DNA of 64,000 bases, taken from contig NW_021833638.1 of NCBI RefSeq assembly GCF_006345805.1, forward strand, positions 14,488-78,487. Direction: 5' to 3'. Position numbers and translations under genes: made by a program. Below are positions 49,707-62,224 of this stretch, in pieces. The notes beneath the pieces were generated by a model. It made no database searches, was not told where the DNA came from, and saw only the letters and a list, made by a program, of their open reading frames with translations. Within the stretch, counting starts at the first letter, position 1. Each line of letters opens with the position of its first letter. This DNA is from Octopus sinensis (lineage: Eukaryota).

Positions 49707-50392
49707 GAATATTATTTAAATAGTTCATCAGTTTCTCGTTCTTTATCCTGACCTCTGTAAAACCATTTTTACACGCTTTATATTGGAGATTAGCCGTCTT
49801 AATTGGGAACCTTCCCTCTCTTTATCTGTCTGTCTGTCTGTCTGTCTGTTTTTTCTCTCTCTCTTTGCTTCTAACAATCCTTCCGGCTGTTTGTTCTTCT
49901 CTTGTAACTTCCACTTTCTTCTCGCGAAGTGCTAACGCCAGAAAGGGTATTTCGACTTTATCCTGTTCATAAATGAAGCTGTAATGGACTTTCCGTTACC
50001 ATCGCAGCAATAACCAGCGGCGTTGATAAAGATACTTCTGGAATCGCAGCCCCAGACCTAGGAGTGTGATTTACTAATCTAAAATACAGAAGAAACATTT
50101 CAGGACTTCTCGTTGTCTCTCCTGTTGTTCTACAGTTCTTTTCTTTCTTTAACATTTGGTTTTCCTGAAGGCAAGAAAAGAAGAAAAAACTAGTTGTTAG
50201 TAATACACACGCAGTAAGACAGTGCCCTACTTTGCAGTAACAATCTCATCTCCTTTCATTCTGGTAACAGCTCTAAAGTGATTTCGTTGTCTTCAATAGT
50301 CATTATAGACTTGTGAATACATTGAAATCCCTCCGACAACATACTCATTTCACGTCTTCAGCACTGACTACCTGCTCGTATTGTAACATGTG

Positions 50393-50785
50393 TGGAGGCG
50401 CAATGGCCCTGTGGTTAGGGCAGCGGACTCGCGGTCATAGTATCGCGGTTTCGATTCCCAGACCAGGCGTTGTGAGTGTTTATTGAGCGAAAACACCTAA
50501 AAAGCTCCACGAGGCTCCGGCAGGGGATGGTGGTGATCCCTGCTGTACTTTTTCACCACAACTTTCTCTCACTCTTACTTCCTGTTTCTGTTGTACCTGT
50601 ATTTCAAGGGACCGGCCTTGTCACTCTCTGTGTCACGCTGAATATCCCCGAGAACTACATTAAGGGTGCACGTGTCTGTGGTTGCTCAGCCACGTACACG
50701 TCAATTTCACGAGCAGACTGTTCCGTTGATTCGGATCAACCGGAACCTTCATCGTCGTAACCGACGGAGTGCTTCCATCATTGTA
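50393..50785 (+). mobile_element. tRNA-derived SINE family C with RTE-like 3' tail
   Basis: GGAGGCGCAATGGCCCTGTGGTTAGGGCAGCGGACTCG A-box region, GGTTTCGATTCCC B-box, tail TTCCGTTGATTCGGATCAACCGGAACC...CGTAACCGACGGAGTG. Confidence 0.85.
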
Positions 50786-50899
50786 ACATGAATTTGACAA
50801 CGAACTAAGGATAAACACCGTCACAAAAATCCATGACCTTGAGCGTCACAAACATCCTTGTCCACAAACATTCTTCGTACTTAGGTCTAAGCACTATGA

Positions 50900-51415
50900 C
50901 TGAAGTACTACTTGTACTTGTGGCGACATTCATCCTGGGCTGGTTGAGTCGGCTTCTTCTACCACCCTCGAGGCATCTCGAACCATGGCAGCCCACGCAC
51001 GACGGTCCTGTGCCAGTTCACTGGAGATAGCGAACCAGTCACGGTTCCATCGGCACAGGCCGATGATGCCATTGTATTCGCCATTGAGAATTCATGGAAG
51101 AAGTTTCGTGGGAATATGTGGTTTTCACAAGCGGTCCCCAACAATCCCGCATGTAGAGGCATCCTGTTTGCCACAGATTGTCCGCAGACGCAGGGACAGA
51201 ATGACCGAGAGGCCGCCGGTTGCCGAGGATTTTCACCAGGTTGTGGCCGGGTTGTGGCCCTAATACCACTCGGTGTCAGACCAATCCACCTTGGGTGGCC
51301 CTACCAGGAAGCGAAGTTCCCGACGGCATAGCTTTGACACTACCCGTTGCTAGCGTACCCACCACGGTGAGGAGGGGATGGACTTTGGGGACGCTATGGC
51401 TCAAGTGTATGGTTT
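50900..51415 (-). mobile_element. RTE-clade LINE 3' remnant
   Basis: Minus translation includes GLCRWNRDWFAISSELAQDRRAWAAMVRDA, resembling the LAQDR..W C-terminal motif of RTE ORFs. Confidence 0.6.
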
Positions 51416-51421
51416 GGTGTA

Positions 51422-51639
51422 CGATGGGGGTACTGAAAAGTTCATGTCTTTGCGTAAAATAAAATACAGGAGGATTGGTTAATTATGATTTTATTCAACA
51501 TATTCGCCTCACAGATTCACACACTTATTGCAGAGATCCTTCAGGTTTTCTAAGCCCCGTAAAAGAACTCAGAAGGTTGGGCCTCCAGCAAGGCCTTTTG
51601 TGATAGCCTTAAGGCCAAGAACTTTTCAGCACCATCCCG
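51422..51639. mobile_element. Mariner-type MITE
   Basis: TA|CGATGGGGGTACTGAAAAGTT ... AACTTTTCAGCACCATCCCG|TA; paralogue at 58565-58731. Confidence 0.75.
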
Positions 51640-51888
51640 TATACGCTTGTTAATTTTTTTCTACCTTGCTCCGTAATAATTGTTTCACATTTTGGTACAA
51701 GGTCAACAAATGTGGAGAGGATGATCGATTACATCGAACCTGAACGATTAAAAAGCAAAGCTGATGTTGGTGACATCGGAAGTGGGAACGTAAAGAACTG
51801 GAAGAGATTCCGCTACGCATTTTATTGAATGTGATAACGATTTTACTACCTCACCGCCCTGTTGCTCCGTAATAATGTGGTCGGGAGA

Positions 51889-52708
51889 AGGCGGCAAGCT
51901 GGCAGAAACGTTAGCACGCCGGGCGAAATGCTTAGCAGTATTTCGTCTGTTGTGTTCAAATTCCGCCGAGGTCGACTTTGCTTTTCATCCTTTCGGGGTT
52001 GATAAATTAAGTACCAGTTACGTACTGAGGTCGATGTAATCGGCTTAATCCGTTTGTCTGTCCTTGTTTGTCCCCTCTGTGTCTAGCCCCTTGTGGGTAG
52101 TAAAGAAATAGGTATTTCGGCTGCTGTTACGTTCTGAGTTCAAATTCCACCGAGGTCAACTTTGCCGTTCATCCTTTCGGAATCGATAAATTAAGTACCA
52201 GCTACACACTGGGGTCGATGTAATCGACTTAATCCGTTTGTCTGTCTTGTTTGTCCCCTCTGTGTCTAGCCCCTTGTGGGTAGTAAAGAAATAGGTATTT
52301 CGGCTGCTGTTACGTTCTGAGTTCAAATTCCACCGAGGTCAACTTTGCCGTTCATCCTTTCGGAATCGATAAATTAAGTACCAGCTACACACTGGGGTCG
52401 ATGTAATCGACTTAATCCGTTTGTCTGTCTTTGTTTGTCCCCTCTATATTTAACCCCTTGTGGGCAATAAAGAAATATATATTTAGCTCCTTGTGGTCAA
52501 TAAAGAAATAAGAAACGTTAGCATTCTGGACGAAATGCTTAGCAGTATTTCGTCTGTCTTTACGTTCTGAGTTAAAATTCTGCCGAGGTCAACTTTGCCT
52601 TTCATACTTTCGGGGTGGATAAATTAAGCACCAGTTGCGTATTGGGGTCGATCTAATCGACTGCCCCTCTCCAAAAGTTTCCAGCCTTGTGTCTAGAGTA
52701 GAAAAGAA
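51889..52708 (+). mobile_element. SINE family B concatemer (one head plus ~180-bp headless units)
   Basis: Junction AAAGAAATAGGTATTTCG at 52102-52119 and 52285-52302; units 2 and 3 nearly identical; a further partial unit follows. Confidence 0.9.
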
Positions 52709-53454
52709 TAATGTGATTGGGAGAATAACGCCCACTTTGGTTACATAACCCCACAACACCAAGCTTATTTATGTTAACTCACCGATTTTCGTTTTCTATA
52801 GCAATAATAGCTCATTAAAAAGTAGATCCACCTGATACAATGGTATTTTTGTTCGATGAAACTTGTGTGCTATTTGCTCTCTCTTTTTTTTTTATCACTA
52901 ATAAAGTCGTATTTTTTTTATTACACAATGTCAATAATTCTGCTTGTGTGTCGCGTGACGAAAAGAAAAGAAATCACTATTTTCATATCCTGCTTTGCGA
53001 ATGACTGTTAAATATTTCCGATTTTTATGTTTTGGAGTGTATCAGGTTTTTAATGCAGAGGCCTTTATAGACGCCAAGAGAAACACAAAGCAGCAAAAGT
53101 AATCCATCTTTCTCGGATATTTCCATAAAAAGTAGCGCTGTACATGGGTACCAGAAACTAGAGCTTTTAAGATCTTTCCAGTGTGTAAGAAAAAGAAATA
53201 TTCAACGTCTGTACTCGATTCACCTTCTTTAGTATTTGATTTCAAACTCGCCTCGCCTTAACATAATCTCGACGAGATTGTCTCCTCTAAGATAGCTGAC
53301 CACAAAGGGTAGTCCAGGTGATCAAATTTCGAATTGTTCAGAATCTCTTATTTTGTATTAATCTAGGTAAAAGAGAAAAAAGTTTCATTCACTTTGAAGT
53401 GTGATTATCTAGTATATTCAGAGCCAAAAGAAGTACACATTTATTATAATGTTA

Positions 53455-53660
53455 ATCCAAACATGAAAACACAAAGAGAAAACACAACAACGCGAGGACG
53501 TGGAACAAGTATAGTATTATTGGACGCTCAGGAAAGGAAAGAAAGGAGGACTTAACGTTTCGAGCGGAGCTCTTCGTCAGAAACATAGGAAAAGGAAAGA
53601 TCCAAAGAAGGGAAGAGGGAGGAAAAAAAAATCACCAACGATACACACGCGGTCACAAAG
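53455..53660 (-). mobile_element. Hammerhead-bearing repeat family X
   Basis: Minus 53550-53584: GTTT-CTGACGA-A-GAGC(TCC)GCTC-GAAAC-GTT-AAGT. Confidence 0.75.
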
Positions 53661-54099
53661 TACAAGTTAGCAAATTTTGATGGCGGGACGGAGTCGATAT
53701 CATATACACTCCTTGCATTTTTCTGGTTCTTTTCTTTGTGAATAATGGAAAAATGAAATGTAAAGTTGACTTCAGTGGAATCTAAACTCAAAATATAAAG
53801 AGCCAGAAGGAATATCGCAAGGTATTTTGAGAGACGATCTAACCATCACGCCAATATGTAACCTGAGTAATAATAACTAAGAAACATCGTGATAATTTTC
53901 CTTTATAGCCACAAGGCTTGAAATTAAGATAATAAGGATAAGTTAATTAAATCGACTCAGTTCATGACAAGTAACTAATTTTATCGGGCCCGGAGGGATT
54001 CGAGGCACAATTTACCTCGGAATACTTTGAACAAAATTACCATCATCATAATAGAAATTACAAAATATAACGACCATTTTAATAATTTGTTTCTGATTT

Positions 54100-54482
54100 T
54101 GGCATAAGGCTAGTAATTTTGAGGGGTGGGGGCAAGACGATTAGATCGGCCCCATTACTTTAGAGATATTTTATTTTATCGACACCAGAGTGATAAAAGG
54201 CAAAGTTGATCCCGGCAAGGTTTGAAATGAGAACTTAAAGAGACAGAAGAAATGTCACAAATAATAATGATTTCAAATCTTGGCACAAGGCCAGCAATTT
54301 GGGGAGGGGATAAATCGATTCTATCGACCCCTGTGTTCAACGGGTTCTTATTTATCGCCCCCAAAAGTATGAAAGGCAAAGTCGACCTGGGCAGAATTTG
54401 AACTCAGAACGTAAAGGCGAACGAGATGTCGCTATGCATTTTGCCCGGCATGCTAAACGATTCTGCCAGCTCGCCGCCTTCG
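54100..54482 (-). mobile_element. SINE family B (one full and one degenerate unit)
   Basis: Head GCCAGCTCGCCGCC on plus at the right end; family B boxes. Confidence 0.8.
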
Positions 54483-55055
54483 CTTTATAAATAATTATCA
54501 CAATTAATTAAATTGTCTGAGAACTTGCTTTGTACAAACGTTAGAGGGTGGTCTAAATGCATTACGGCTTTTAGTTACGTTCTAAGTTCAAATCCTAGGG
54601 GAATTCATTTTGAATCTCATATCCCGTTTCTGGAAATAAGTTGGTTAAAATAAATACCTGTTGTATAATGCTAGTTAATGAAATCTGCTTTATACGTGTG
54701 TTTAGTGTGTTTTTATGTTTGGCAAAGTAGCAAATCAATAACGACCATTATTTAGATTATGCTTGTCATACAAACATCGATTACAATAACACGATTTCAA
54801 GAATAAAGTAATGTAAATAAAAAATAAAGAGAATAAATAAAAAAAAAGCACCAGGCAGAATATACTCATTGACCATTCATGAAATTGGTCGATCAAACTG
54901 TTTTTCTTACTTGTACACAGAATAATTATAGAGATAGATAGATAGATTGATACATAGATAGATAGAAGGAGAGATAGAGAGGGAGATGGGAAGATATAGA
55001 GAGAGATAGCGATGAAGATATATATATATATAATATATATATATATATATCTATA

Positions 55056-55091
<36 letters not shown>

Positions 55092-55206
55092 CATACATAC
55101 ATGTATATATATATATACATAATATATACATATATATATATACATACATACATGTAATATATATATATAACATATATATATACATATATATATATATACA
55201 TACAAC

Positions 55207-55253
<47 letters not shown>

Positions 55254-55594
55254 AATATACACATATATATACAAGAGAGCGAGAGAAGGGGAGAGTGTAG
55301 GTGGGGAGGTGGAACGAGAGAATCTCATTAAAAATGAATATAAACGTTCGCTGTCGACCGACCGGTCGGCCAGTGCAGTTTTAGTTGCGGGATGCTGCGT
55401 TTTACGGCGAGGTGCGGTGATTCGAAAAACAAACATACAAACACATAAACAAAAAGATATTGAGATTTTAATGTTGTTTTATTAGAGTGAAGCCCGTCGA
55501 TGTAACAACACGAATTCATTGCGTCCTTCCATCCAGAGAATCATACGTGTATTCATTCACACGCGCAGACATACATCCCACGCACAAACTCATA

Positions 55595-55605
55595 CACCAT
55601 CTCTT

Positions 55606-55636
<31 letters not shown>

Positions 55637-56002
55637 GTCTCCCCCGTCTCTCTCTCCCTCCCGTTCTCTCTTTCTCTCTCTCTCTGTCTCCCCCGTCTCT
55701 CTCCCCCTTCTCTTTCTCTCTCTCTCTTTCTCTCTCTCTCTCTGTCTCCCCTCTCTCTCTCCCTCCCGTTCTATCTCTCTCTCTCTCTGTCTCCTCCTCC
55801 ACCCTTCTCTCTCTCCCCTCTCCTCTCTCTCTCTCTCCTCCTCTTCTCTTCTCTCTCCTCTCTCTCTCATCTCCTCTCTCTCTCTCTCCTCCTCGTCTCT
55901 CTCTCTCCCTCTCATCTCTATCTCTCCCACTCTCCCTCTCGTCTCTCTCTCTCCTCTCTCTCTCTCCTCTCTCTCTCCTCTCTCCACTCTCCCCTCCTCT
56001 CT

Positions 56003-56041
<39 letters not shown>

Positions 56042-56090
56042 TCTCTCTTTCTCTCTTTCTCTCTCTTCCTCTCGTTCTCTCTCTCCCACG
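55595..56090. repeat. Long degenerate (CT)n/(GA)n tract
   Basis: Directly visible ~500-bp purine/pyrimidine-asymmetric tract. Confidence 0.95.
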
Positions 56091-56474
56091 CACACACAAA
56101 CGTATTATATTAGTTTTCGCCAATAATAAACAAGGCGAAGATCCTGAGTTTTTACACTAAGTCCAAAGAAAACGAAAATAAATCAAAATACTTTGAGAGA
56201 GCTAATCGACTCTAGTATTTGATACCGGAAGAATGAAAAGCAATACGGACCCTGACAAAATTCTAACTTAGAAGTGAAAGTTTCGTTATTTTGACTACCG
56301 CTCTATTGACAACGGCTGTCGGTACTTTTGGTTATCTCCACCCTATTAAAAAATTGTGTTATCTCCCCCTGTATAATGAGAAATATCGGTATTTTTGGTT
56401 ATCTCCCTCAACTAAAATCCTCAATGTTGTTTAATCTCAATAAAAGAAAAAGAAATGAAAAAAATTAATAAACT

Positions 56475-56885
56475 GGCGCAGGAGTGACTGTGTGGTAAGT
56501 AGTTTGCTTACCAGCCACATGGTTCCAGGTTCATTCCCACTGCGTGGTACCTTGGGCGTCTTCTACTATAGCCTCGGGCCGACCAAAGCATTGTGAGTGG
56601 ATTTGGTAGACGGAAACTGAAAGAAGCCCGTTGTATATATGTGTGTACATATATATATATATATTTATGTGTGTGTGTGTATGTTTCTGTGTTTGTGTTT
56701 GTCCCCCTCCCAACATCACTTGACAACCGATGCTGGTGTGTTTACGTCCCCGGACCCTAGCAGTTCGGCAAAAGAGACCGATAGAATAAGTACTAGCCTT
56801 ACAAAGAATAAGTCCTGGGGTCGCTTTGCTCGACTAAAAGGTGGTGCTCCAACATGGCCGCAGTCAAATGAGTAAACATGAAAAG
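56475..56885 (+). mobile_element. SINE family A
   Basis: GGCGCAGGAGTGACTGTGTGG head through GGTGGTGCTCCAACATGGCCGCAGTCAAATGA tail. Confidence 0.92.
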
Positions 56886-57187
56886 TGAAAGGATTAAACA
56901 TCCTATTGAATCTAATATCATTTTTATAACAAATCATACCATTCCTATTGAAGAACCTAACGTCAACAATGTCACCGCATAAAGTCGATTTTTTAGTGGG
57001 GAGATAACCCAAAAAGTACCTGACTGCGTACTGCGTAACAAGAATATATAGATTGCTCTAATACATCGACTCGATCTCAGAGATAATAAGCATGCTTTAA
57101 GTGAAAGGACGTTATCAAATTACGGCAATAGATTTTGTCAGGCACTTAGGTAATGCTACCATTAGTCCTCTTGTGAATATGCACTTA

Positions 57188-58150
57188 CCGTAAATCCTCG
57201 AGTATAGTCCGTCCTTGAGTATAATACCCAGGGGATTTTTAGGGGGCTGTACCTCTGGAAAACCTAAACCTTGTGTATAATACGCAACCCTTCTCTAACT
57301 TGAGTCAAGGAGCTCTATATAACGTCCTTGGTTTGTAAAAATGTATCCGATAACATCCTTTATTATTGCCTTCTTTATCTTTGGCATATGTTTAATTTCA
57401 TCTTTATTTCTTCTCCATAACCTGACATTGCTTTCGTCAACATCAAATTTTCTTCCGGCGGCCCTATTACCATGCTCTTCAGCATATGATATAACTTAAA
57501 GTTTAAACATAGCTGACTAAGATCTACGAGACATTTTATGGGCATGTAATGTATAAAATGTTTTATTGGAGATTGATATACAGGTTTAAGTCGCGCATAT
57601 AAAGAACACTAGTAAAGACCCACAGTAGTTCAAACATTTAATACTGGTATTTAATTATCTATTGTTTGCCACGGTAATGATGCAAACTGCCAATACAAAC
57701 AGCAGGCTGAACTATTTAGCGCTAAACTATTAAACACAATTCATGCGTAATTAAGTCAGCAGGACCTAGTCGAACAAACAATTCCGCGCATGCGGAATAC
57801 AATAATGGTGATGTTCTTAACTGTTATATGGGGATGTAAATATGTTTGCGAATTGTTTTTTTTTTTTTACATGTTATTCTGTGTTCTGAATATTTTTATT
57901 TTAATAAATGTTGCTTACTACAAGTTATGGATGATTCTTTTATGACTTCTTTGCTTTCAGGCTTAGTTTAAGGTATTTTCGCGCCCGACATCACAAAATG
58001 CGTCTGAATAAACATTGCCGGACAGCAAATACAGACTCGGACATTGCTTAGAAAATATTTTTCATTTTTAACTTCGTATATAGGACGCACTACGGAAATT
58101 GACCTTTAAATTTTGGGGAAAAAATGCGGATTATACTCGAGGATTTACGG
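57188..58150 (-). mobile_element. Internally deleted pogo-like DNA transposon
   Basis: TIRs CCGTAAATCCTCGAGTATAGTCCG (57188-57211) and CGGATTATACTCGAGGATTTACGG (58127-58150), TA both sides; minus 57534-57355 encodes MSRRS*SAMFKL*VISYAEEHGNRAAGRKFDVDESNVRLWRRNK (Brinker-type HTH of pogo transposases). Confidence 0.85.
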
Positions 58151-58154
58151 TACA

Positions 58155-58478
58155 CTCGCACTCCGGTTGTTACGACGACAAAGATTCCAGTTGATTCGAT
58201 CAACGGAACAACAGAGCTCGTGAAATTAACGTACGAGTGGCTGAGAAGTCCTCAGACGCACGTACTCTTAGTGTAGTTTTCAAGGAAATTTAGTGTGACG
58301 CAGAACATGACAAGGCTGGCACTTTGAAATACATGTACAACTCATTTTTACCAGCTGAGTGGACAGGAGCAACGTGAAATAAAGAATCTTGCTCAAGGTC
58401 ACAACATGCCGCTGGTAATTGAACTCACAACCTTACGATAGTGATTGAAATACCTTAATCACTAAGCCCTGCACCTTT
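58155..58478 (-). mobile_element. tRNA-derived SINE family D sharing the 3' half of family C
   Basis: Minus head GGTGCAGGGCTTAGTG...GAGTTCAATTACC, central CCTTGAGCAAG...GTCCACTCAGCTGGTAAAAATGAG box, 3' half homologous to 50590-50775. Confidence 0.75.
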
Positions 58479-58564
58479 ACCTACATATATATGAACAAAT
58501 TATACAAATTCGGAGGGGTGGGGCTGAACGGTTATACTTCGGGTAACAGAAAATATATGAGAAT

Positions 58565-58731
58565 TAATTAATTATGATTTTATTCAACATATTCCCCTCT
58601 CAGATTCACACACTTATTGCAGTGGTCCTTCAGTTTTTCTAAGCCCTGCAAAAGAACTCGGATGGTTCTGCCTCCAGCCAGATCTTTCGCGACACCCTTA
58701 AAGCTGGGAACTTTTCTGTACCCCCATCGTA
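58565..58731. mobile_element. Mariner-type MITE, partial
   Basis: Homologous to 51480-51639, ends ACTTTTCTGTACCCCCATCG|TA. Confidence 0.7.
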
Positions 58732-59151
58732 CATCCCTCACCCCAAAGCAAAACACGCACACACTCACACACACACACATACACACACACACACACATAC
58801 ACCCACCAAACAAACACACACACAGAGGGTTGGCGGAACAAGCATTAAATAGAACGCAATGCCTGAATATATAAATACTTTGTTCTTGCAATCGGATAAA
58901 GTTAGGAAGTAATTGGGACATGAAGATTTTCGTGCATGGTACATATCACGGACCCTTTGCAGGGTTCATGTCCAGTAATTTTGAGGACAAGAGACAAATG
59001 GATAGCATAAACTCCAGTGGTCAATAACTACATTATTTTAAGGAGCCCGAAGGGATAGAAATATAGTTTGACCTCGAAGGAATTTTCAATCATAACGTAG
59101 AGCCCTTGATGAAATGCTGCTAACCGTTTTGTTCAACTTGCTGACGAGTCT

Positions 59152-59460
59152 TTTCTACTCTAGAAACAAGGCCTGAAATTTTAGAGGACTGGACCAGACG
59201 ATTAGATAGACTCCAGTACGCAGCTCGACCTCGATGGAATTTGAACTCAGAACGTAGCGACAGACGAAATGCCGCGAAGTGTTTCGCTGCTCTTACAATG
59301 ATATGACTTTTTCAAATTTAGGCAATTTAGGCTAAGGCCAGCAAGTTTAGAAGAGTTTAGGTCGACCCCACGGTTCGACGCCGAAAGGATGAAAGGCAAA
59401 GTCGACCTCGGCGGAATTTGAACTCAGAACGTTTAGACAGGCGAAATGCCACTAAACATT
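59152..59460 (-). mobile_element. SINE family B fragments (two units)
   Basis: Repeated GGAATTTGAACTCAGAACG motifs. Confidence 0.75.
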
Positions 59461-59599
59461 GTTCCGGTATGCTAATGATTCTCCCATCGCGCTGCATTAC
59501 ATAATAACAATGATTTTAACTACAAAAAATATGAGAAGCTATAATGAGTGGAGGAGGCTGGCAAATACAGCCATATTGGCTATTTCATTTTCCTTCTTC

Positions 59600-59700
59600 T
59601 CGCTTTCTGTATTTCCTTCTTATTACCTTCCTACATTCTTTTCTATCTTTCTTTCTTTCTTTCCTACTTTCTTTTCTATTCTTTCATTCTTTTCTATTTT

Positions 59701-59758
<58 letters not shown>

Positions 59759-60160
59759 TTCCTCCCTTTCTTTCTTACTTCCTCCCTTTCTTTCTTACTT
59801 TCTTTCTTTCTTCCTTTCTTCCTTTCTTTCTTCCTTTCTTTCTTCCTTTCTTTCTTTCTTTCTTTCTCTCTTTCTTCCTTCTTTCTTTCTTTCATTCATT
59901 CATTCATTCTATCTTTCTTTCTTCCTTCTTCTTTTCTTCCTCTTTTTTTCCTTCCATCCTTCCTTCCTTTCTTTTCTTTCTTTCTTCTTTCTTCTTTCTT
60001 TCTTTCTTTCTCTTCCCTCTCTCTCTTTTTATTTCTCTCATACTCACTTTGTTCAAAATCTTTCTTTATTTGTTTATATACCAAAGCATCACTCTATTTT
60101 TCTCCCTTCCTCTTTCTCTATCTTTCTCTTTCTCTCTTTCTCTCTCTCTTTATCGTTTCT
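59600..60160. repeat. (CTTT)n/(CCTT)n pyrimidine-rich tract
   Basis: Directly visible; explains FFLS-rich ORFs 59459-60344. Confidence 0.95.
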
Positions 60161-60537
60161 CTCCGTCTCTCTAACTGTACATACGCACGCTTATATATCT
60201 ATGAATTCACTCACACAAATTCATATATACATATATTCACACTCACACCTATATACATATACTCGTACAAACACGTATCTAGATTTCAATAGTCATGAAT
60301 ACACACTTTTATACACACTAACTTATATAAATATACAGCTCTGAATTATAACGCTATTGTAAACAAACAGTGTATATAAAATGACATCGCTAATTATCTT
60401 TCCTCGATTGTTGCTTGTCTACTTGTCTACCTCTTTCCTTATATCCTTGTTTACACACAAAAATACATACGCACAAACATGCAGACACAGACACTCTCCC
60501 TCACGCATGCACACACATATAACTATATAGATATATT

Positions 60538-61056
60538 CTTTTCTACTCTAAGAACAAGGCCTGAAATTTTGAGGGAAGGGGCCAGTCGATTAGATCGAAC
60601 CCAGTATGCAACTTGGTACTTAATTTATCGATCCCTCGTCGGAATTTAAACTCAGAACGTAAAGACAGACGAAATACCTATTTCTATTTCTTTACTACAC
60701 ACAAGGGGCTAAACATAGAGAAGACAAACAAGGACAGACAAACGGATTAAGTCGATTATATCGACCCCACTGCGTAATCGACCCCGAAAGGATGAAAGGC
60801 AAAGTCGACCTCGGCGGAATTTGAACTCAGAACGTAGCGGCAGACGAAATACCTATTTCTATTTCTTTACTACACACAAGGGGCTAAAAACAGGGAGGAC
60901 AAACAAGGACAGACAAACGGATTAAGTCGATCCCAGTGCGTAACTGGTACTTATTTAATCGACCCCGAAACGATGAAAGACAAAGTTGACCTCGGTGGAA
61001 TTTGAACTCAGAACGTAGCCGCAGACGAAATACCTATTTCTATCAGCTCGCCGCCT
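60538..61056 (-). mobile_element. SINE family B concatemer
   Basis: CGAAATACCTATTTC junction at 60670, 60845, 61026. Confidence 0.88.
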
Positions 61057-61394
61057 TTATAATACAAATGACTATAATAACAATTATATAAATATTATTA
61101 TGGAGTCATGCTAAGTGGAAGAAATATCTGGATTAAAATTAGCATATATTCTTGTGCGCCAGCGCAAAAATAGCGCATAGGAAGCAAAGCTTTGAATGTA
61201 GGACCTGGGGTGAGATTTTTAGACACATTTTTTTTCGAATAGGGGAAGTAAACGATGCGTCTTATATGCCATGAACTGGGTAACTTTAAACATGGATTTA
61301 GCATTATTCAAAGGTTATATTACAGGTAGGATTCTAGACTTATTTGATACAACCTTGAATAACTTATGATATGTGTGTAATTACATTTATATTG

Positions 61395-61690
61395 TGAGGG
61401 CGCATAACTCAGTGGTTAGAGCGTCGAGCTCACGATCATGAGGTAGTGAGTTCGAATCCCGGATCGGGTGCTCCAGTTCACTTAGCTATAGAAATGTATT
61501 GCGACGTCACTTGTGCCAAGCTATATCGGACTTTGCCTTTCCCTTGGATAACATCAGTGGCATAAAGAGGGGAGACACGTATGCACGGGCGACTTCTGGT
61601 CTTCTATAAACAAATTTTCCCGGATTTGTGTTTCGGAGGGTAACTTTCTAGGTGCAGTCCCATGGTCATTCACAACTGAAAAATACGTTA
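61395..61690 (+). mobile_element. tRNA-derived SINE family E
   Basis: GGGCGCATAACTCAGTGGTTAGAGCG A-box region and GAGTTCGAATCCC B-box without an acceptor stem; head fragment repeated near 62583-62612. Confidence 0.65.
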
Positions 61691-61959
61691 CCCTATGTTT
61701 ATAATGTTATATTAATAAGGAAAATTAGAATAATGAAAAAAAAAGCTATCTGCTGTTGTTATTCTTTACAGATAGATATGGGTTTCAAAAGTTCGTTTGG
61801 CAATATCCTGACTTTGGAATCAGTCCTTCTTAGCGGCGGATTCAAGAGGTGCCTTCTGCAACAGCCTTAAACCTATCAATGTTCCTTAAGGAATTTTCGG
61901 CAACCGTATGGAAAGTCGTTTGCATATATATCTATCTTTCATCCATCTGTTAATCCCTG

Positions 61960-62029
<70 letters not shown>

Positions 62030-62102
62030 ACTATCTATATATCTATCTATCTATCTACTTGCCTCTCTGTCTATACCTGTATATATATTATTATATATAT
62101 AT

Positions 62103-62141
<39 letters not shown>

Positions 62142-62224
62142 TAGATATATATATATATACATACAGAACATTCATATATATAATATATACATATATATAT
62201 ATATATGAGTCGCCATGATAGATC

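Noticed and set aside
51889-52708. CRISPR-like or satellite array
   Set aside because: Units are ~180-bp near-identical SINE bodies with no unique spacers, in a eukaryotic context with no cas-like genes.
59138-59170. CTGACGA...GAAAC hammerhead-like string
   Set aside because: No stem II pairing and no NUH triplet; the GAAAC belongs to the reverse complement of a family B tail.
61395-61470. tRNA gene (CAC anticodon-like loop)
   Set aside because: A and B boxes are present but acceptor and anticodon stems do not pair, and a SINE-like body follows; treated as a SINE head.
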